Shown: one piece after another, positions 60,544 to 64,000 of the stretch
How positions within the stretch are numbered: position 1 is the stretch's first letter
Layout: the number at the start of each line of letters is the position of its first letter
DNA from: Candidatus Poribacteria bacterium
Lineage (GTDB): Bacteria; Poribacteria; WGA-4E; WGA-3G
DNA length: 64,000 bases
NCBI GenBank assembly: GCA_965205015.1
Contig: OZ242029.1
Span: 1,568,001-1,632,000 of the forward strand
Reading direction: 5' to 3'
Position numbers and translations under genes: made by a program
The notes under the pieces: model-generated
Told to the model about the DNA's origin: nothing
Seen by the model: the letters and a program-made list of their open reading frames with translations, nothing else
Database searches by the model: none

Positions 60544-62622
60544 TTACCATTGATTGGCTGCCGCCATCTTCCAACCCGTTACGTCTGCTTGGATGTCCCC
60601 GCCTCTGCTGTAAAGGCATACTCCAATATCTTCCGGCTTATGTAGTTGACTCTGTACGACTGCCTGACGTTCATTGATAAAAACTTCCACGAGTGCTCTG
60701 TCGATGAATATCCGTAAATTCAAATCCTCTCCAGTTTTCAACTCGAACGGCGCAACGTCATAAGGTTGGGATTGGGATCCTCTGTAGGGTTCTGTCGCTT
60801 CTTTACCATCACCCACCAAAATTGTCTTTTCGTCCGCTGAGTAGAAAATCTCCATTCCATTCCGATTATCTTTGTCACAGAACACCTTTACGCCGTAATC
60901 TCTCGCTTCGGTGGGTTTGATTGTGACATTCAATTCGACCGTATCGCCTGAGATTTCCTTTAGCCTGTAGTCCTCCCCGTCTTTAACCGTAATGTCATTT
61001 TCAACCATCTCGTTATAGCGCAGACATTCCAGCTCACGAACCGGTTTAATACGCACGATTCCATCATCAGGCAGGCTCAACTCCCACGGCAATGAGAATA
61101 CGCAGCTCCATAAAGTGCTGCCAAGGTTAACCTGTATATTGGTAATGACGACTCTGCGTCCGTCTGGTGTGAGGAAGGTTTTGGGTGCCCAATAGATAGG
61201 GATTCCGCGATAATTGTTGCTCCAACTCATCTTGGTATGGAATTCAGGTGTGAATTTGTTATTCTTCCATTCACCGAGATAGTACCGCGCCCCCCAGCTG
61301 TGGCTGATAAGTAGCATCATGTGCTTGTTGCCGAGTTTGAAGAAATCGGTGCAGGAATGATCGTGATGCTCAAGTCCCGGTAACTCTTTCGTCATAAATT
61401 CACCCAGAAATTCCCATTTCTTAAAGTCTTTAGAGCGCATCAGCGTCGTCCTTTTATACCAAGCACCCAATCCTGGTCGGGTATCCTCCATGGCGTGATC
61501 GCCGGAAAATATGTAGTAGTAATCTCCCTCAACCCAGGCTGTTGGATCCCAAAATACCCAATAATCGGCATCCCGTGCTTCTTGCGGCACCGCAATCTCA
61601 ATCGGTTGAGACCAGTCCTCCAGATGCTCATCGGAAGCCTCGACATAAGTCGGACGCCCGCCAAATATGCCGACAAAGATAACTTTCTTACCGTCTTTAG
61701 TGATAATCGTACCCCCCGTACCACAACCGCCACTGCCCAAGGCACAGTCCCCACGTCGTCTCCAGTGAACAAGGTCGGTACTCGTGAAGTGACCGAAGGC
61801 GTGCTCATCCCCTTTGCACATATAACCGAAATGATACTGACCTTTCCAGTAGATCATAAAATTGGGATCGGTCGAATAGTTCCTTTCGTTATCACCTTCG
61901 GAGTTAACCAAGTGATATGTCGGGCGACTCGGGTCGTGCATCAGTCGTTGACGAAAATCACGTGCAATACGGACGGCTTCGTTGTCCAAGGTGAACATGT
62001 GTCTGTCGTCTCGATCGAAAACGATATATGGGTCCTCTTCACTCTGTTTTATCGCTGCAATGTTTTTAAACTCAGGAAATTTTCCGGCTTGATCTACCCA
62101 CCAACCATCTTTTGAGAAGTCATACCAGCTGAAGGGTTGAATTGTAGAAGGTTGGTTCGGTCTCAGCTCCTGGATCTGCGCTTGCGTCAACGCCTGTGCA
62201 TAAATCCGAACGTCCTTGATTTTCCCCTTGAATGATGTGGTGTAGTTAGGATTTAGATTGACGGATCCGATGACCAGTTGTAGATAGGGGCTGTTCAGAA
62301 AATCAAACGGCTTTTCGATGGTATAGCTGGCGTACACTTCCCCATCGCGATAAATGGTGACTGCGTTGTCCTTGTAAACGGCGGCCATCATCATAAACTG
62401 TCCGAGTACAATTTCCTGCACCGAATTTTGCGCGAGGTGTTCCGGATTTTGCGTGCGAGTGTTGTCATCGCTGGCGGTAGACCACTTACCTGGCGCATCT
62501 TGCCCAAAAGCGAGCGCGTCATACTTTTCCGCCGCCTGCACGGTAATCACGCTGCAGTGCTTTGGGGTTTCTTCATCGAAACAGAACCAACTGACGAGTG
62601 TCTTGTCCGTCGTTGTGAACAT
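60544..62622 (-). CDS. GH32-like glycoside hydrolase with N-terminal LamG domain
   Basis: RPTYH, TDPN, STDLVHW, WDP, SCTDFF, TPDGRRV, SLPWEL, LRIFIDRALVEVF. Confidence 0.85.
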   Translation of the reverse strand: MFTTTDKTLVSWFCFDEETPKHCSVITVQAAEKYDALAFGQDAPGKWSTASDDNTRTQNPEHLAQNSVQEIVLGQFMMMAAVYKDNAVTIYRDGEVYASYTIEKPFDFLNSPYLQLVIGSVNLNPNYTTSFKGKIKDVRIYAQALTQAQIQELRPNQPSTIQPFSWYDFSKDGWWVDQAGKFPEFKNIAAIKQSEEDPYIVFDRDDRHMFTLDNEAVRIARDFRQRLMHDPSRPTYHLVNSEGDNERNYSTDPNFMIYWKGQYHFGYMCKGDEHAFGHFTSTDLVHWRRRGDCALGSGGCGTGGTIITKDGKKVIFVGIFGGRPTYVEASDEHLEDWSQPIEIAVPQEARDADYWVFWDPTAWVEGDYYYIFSGDHAMEDTRPGLGAWYKRTTLMRSKDFKKWEFLGEFMTKELPGLEHHDHSCTDFFKLGNKHMMLLISHSWGARYYLGEWKNNKFTPEFHTKMSWSNNYRGIPIYWAPKTFLTPDGRRVVITNIQVNLGSTLWSCVFSLPWELSLPDDGIVRIKPVRELECLRYNEMVENDITVKDGEDYRLKEISGDTVELNVTIKPTEARDYGVKVFCDKDNRNGMEIFYSADEKTILVGDGKEATEPYRGSQSQPYDVAPFELKTGEDLNLRIFIDRALVEVFINERQAVVQSQLHKPEDIGVCLYSRGGDIQADVTGWKMAAANQW

Positions 62623-62636
62623 AAGGCGTATACCTC

Positions 62637-64000
62637 TTAGTCTTGTGCGCTGTAAAAAATCGCATTGAAAAGCAACTTAAAGGTCCCGTGAGATTGTCCG
62701 CGATGCTGGGGTTTGAAACCGAAAAGAATCACGCGCCCATCACCCAAGGTGACTTCCAGAAGTGCCGCTTTCTTGCGAATCCGTTTCTCTCCCTCGAGCC
62801 AACCGCTCATTAACGGATTGAACTCAGGATAGGTCGCTATAACCTTCGCGCCACCCCGTCCGGCTTCAAAGACAGGTCCAAATTTAAAAAAAATTGCCAT
62901 CTCTGTGTCCAGTCCATGCCCGATGGGGTGTGTCGTATCTATCCGAACTCGTAGCAATGAACCGGGGCAGAAAAACGCCCCTTCCTTCGGTTGATGCTCT
63001 TTCTGGACCACGTTGACAATGCCCTTTTCACCGAGTCCGAAGTATTTCAAAGGGAGTTCTGACGCACGATTCAAGCAGATAAGCGTGCCGCCGTTCTCCA
63101 CGAACGCTCGTAAATTCGCCAACCCTTCTGTTCCGATTCCACCGACATACTCCGGTGGTAGTTTCCCTGTTGAATGCCCGTTAAGAATACCGGAAGCACC
63201 CAGATCCGGCAGAATTATTGCATCGTAACGCGCCGCCAAATCCCCCGCACGCATTTCCGCGTTCGTGAGAGTGCTGTAGTCGAACGCGTGTGTATCCAAA
63301 ACCCAACGTGTCCAACCTTCGTCCATGTTTGCTGTCCACGGTTTATACAGACCGAGACGTGGGGCATTTAACTTGGAGAATTCTCGACTGGAGACTTCTG
63401 CGTCGATAGAGGCATCGGCGTAGATGTGGATACCGAATTCCGATGCGAGGGCTCGTATCTCCGCTCTCTGTTGTAACGGCGGTTCTGCTGTTCTAATCAG
63501 GATAGTCCCACGTGGGAACCCGGATATTTTTGAAGTGCCACCGAGGTCTACGTCCCGTTGTGCTGAATAAAGTGTGTATCTCGGACTATTGTCTGCGAAT
63601 CTCGCTTGAAACAGACGATTGAGGACAATCGCTTCGGTGTTCGTTCGATTCTCAAACAGGTAACCCGTCGGTTCAGCGGCACCTTCTAACGTCCCTTCCA
63701 CTTCAGGAGGTGCAGTCAGTTTCCTTAAATCCGCCTCAAAAGGATGCACAACAGCGATTGTTCTCACCCCCATCTGTAAGGGCAGTGTCCAGCCCGCTAT
63801 ATCGTAAGGACGTTCGGGCGGTGATTCCGGTGAAGGACGGCGTTCCGGATAGCGTTGCACCTCAAGCAGATCCTTCGCGTGTGCCCGAAACGGTTGGGAC
63901 ATCGAAACAACGTAGGTGTCCGCGGGATAGTCTACGCCGTCAGCGACAAACAGCGCGTTCGCCTGATGAATCTCCACCCCGCCGCGTCGTAAAATATCCA
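62637..64000 (-). CDS. M14-family zinc carboxypeptidase-like protein, C-terminal part (5' end outside window)
   Basis: QPFRAHAKDLLE, PYDIAGWTLPLQMG, MDEGWTRWVL, GFKPQHRGQ...TFKLLFNAI; frame open to the window edge. Confidence 0.75.
   Translation of the reverse strand, partial: DILRRGGVEIHQANALFVADGVDYPADTYVVSMSQPFRAHAKDLLEVQRYPERRPSPESPPERPYDIAGWTLPLQMGVRTIAVVHPFEADLRKLTAPPEVEGTLEGAAEPTGYLFENRTNTEAIVLNRLFQARFADNSPRYTLYSAQRDVDLGGTSKISGFPRGTILIRTAEPPLQQRAEIRALASEFGIHIYADASIDAEVSSREFSKLNAPRLGLYKPWTANMDEGWTRWVLDTHAFDYSTLTNAEMRAGDLAARYDAIILPDLGASGILNGHSTGKLPPEYVGGIGTEGLANLRAFVENGGTLICLNRASELPLKYFGLGEKGIVNVVQKEHQPKEGAFFCPGSLLRVRIDTTHPIGHGLDTEMAIFFKFGPVFEAGRGGAKVIATYPEFNPLMSGWLEGEKRIRKKAALLEVTLGDGRVILFGFKPQHRGQSHGTFKLLFNAIFYSAQD

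Overview
64-kb bacterial chromosomal window centred on the replication origin. It is probably Candidatus Poribacteria; this is inferred from the LamG proteins ending in an 'AV/PV-x-x-x-G-K/R-L-T-x-x-W-x-x-x-K' tail and from gene content, and was not checked against a database. Core: dnaA - oriC (12 perfect DnaA boxes, DnaA-trios) - recF - dciA/DUF721 - gyrB - gyrA on the minus strand with no dnaN, and a divergent rpmH followed by ispH. Envelope and secretion genes include a large C25 (gingipain/PorU-like) peptidase cut by the left edge, a 2280-aa SprA/Sov-like translocon with Gly/Tyr/Phe-rich inserts, two LamG proteins sharing a short C-terminal motif, secD and secF. A ~10-kb accessory block (23.6-33.8 kb) holds a sensor-less sigma54 activator and a consensus sigma54 promoter driving a small Cys/His-rich secreted peptide. 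Further along it carries a His-rich membrane protein, a trypsin-TPR lipoprotein, an STT3-like oligosaccharyltransferase with an NWEHG motif, a GspC-like protein and an ECF sigma, and it ends in a duplicated hisC 3' end with an IS605/TnpB scar. The rest is carbohydrate and redox metabolism (GH2, GH32, PL1, Zn-dehydrogenases, epimerase), apt and tRNA-Arg(CCT). Several families of short modular palindromic repeats recur throughout; some sit in frame inside essential proteins (IspH, GyrA, HisC, SprA) and others abut start codons. No CRISPR array, rRNA or intact transposase was seen.
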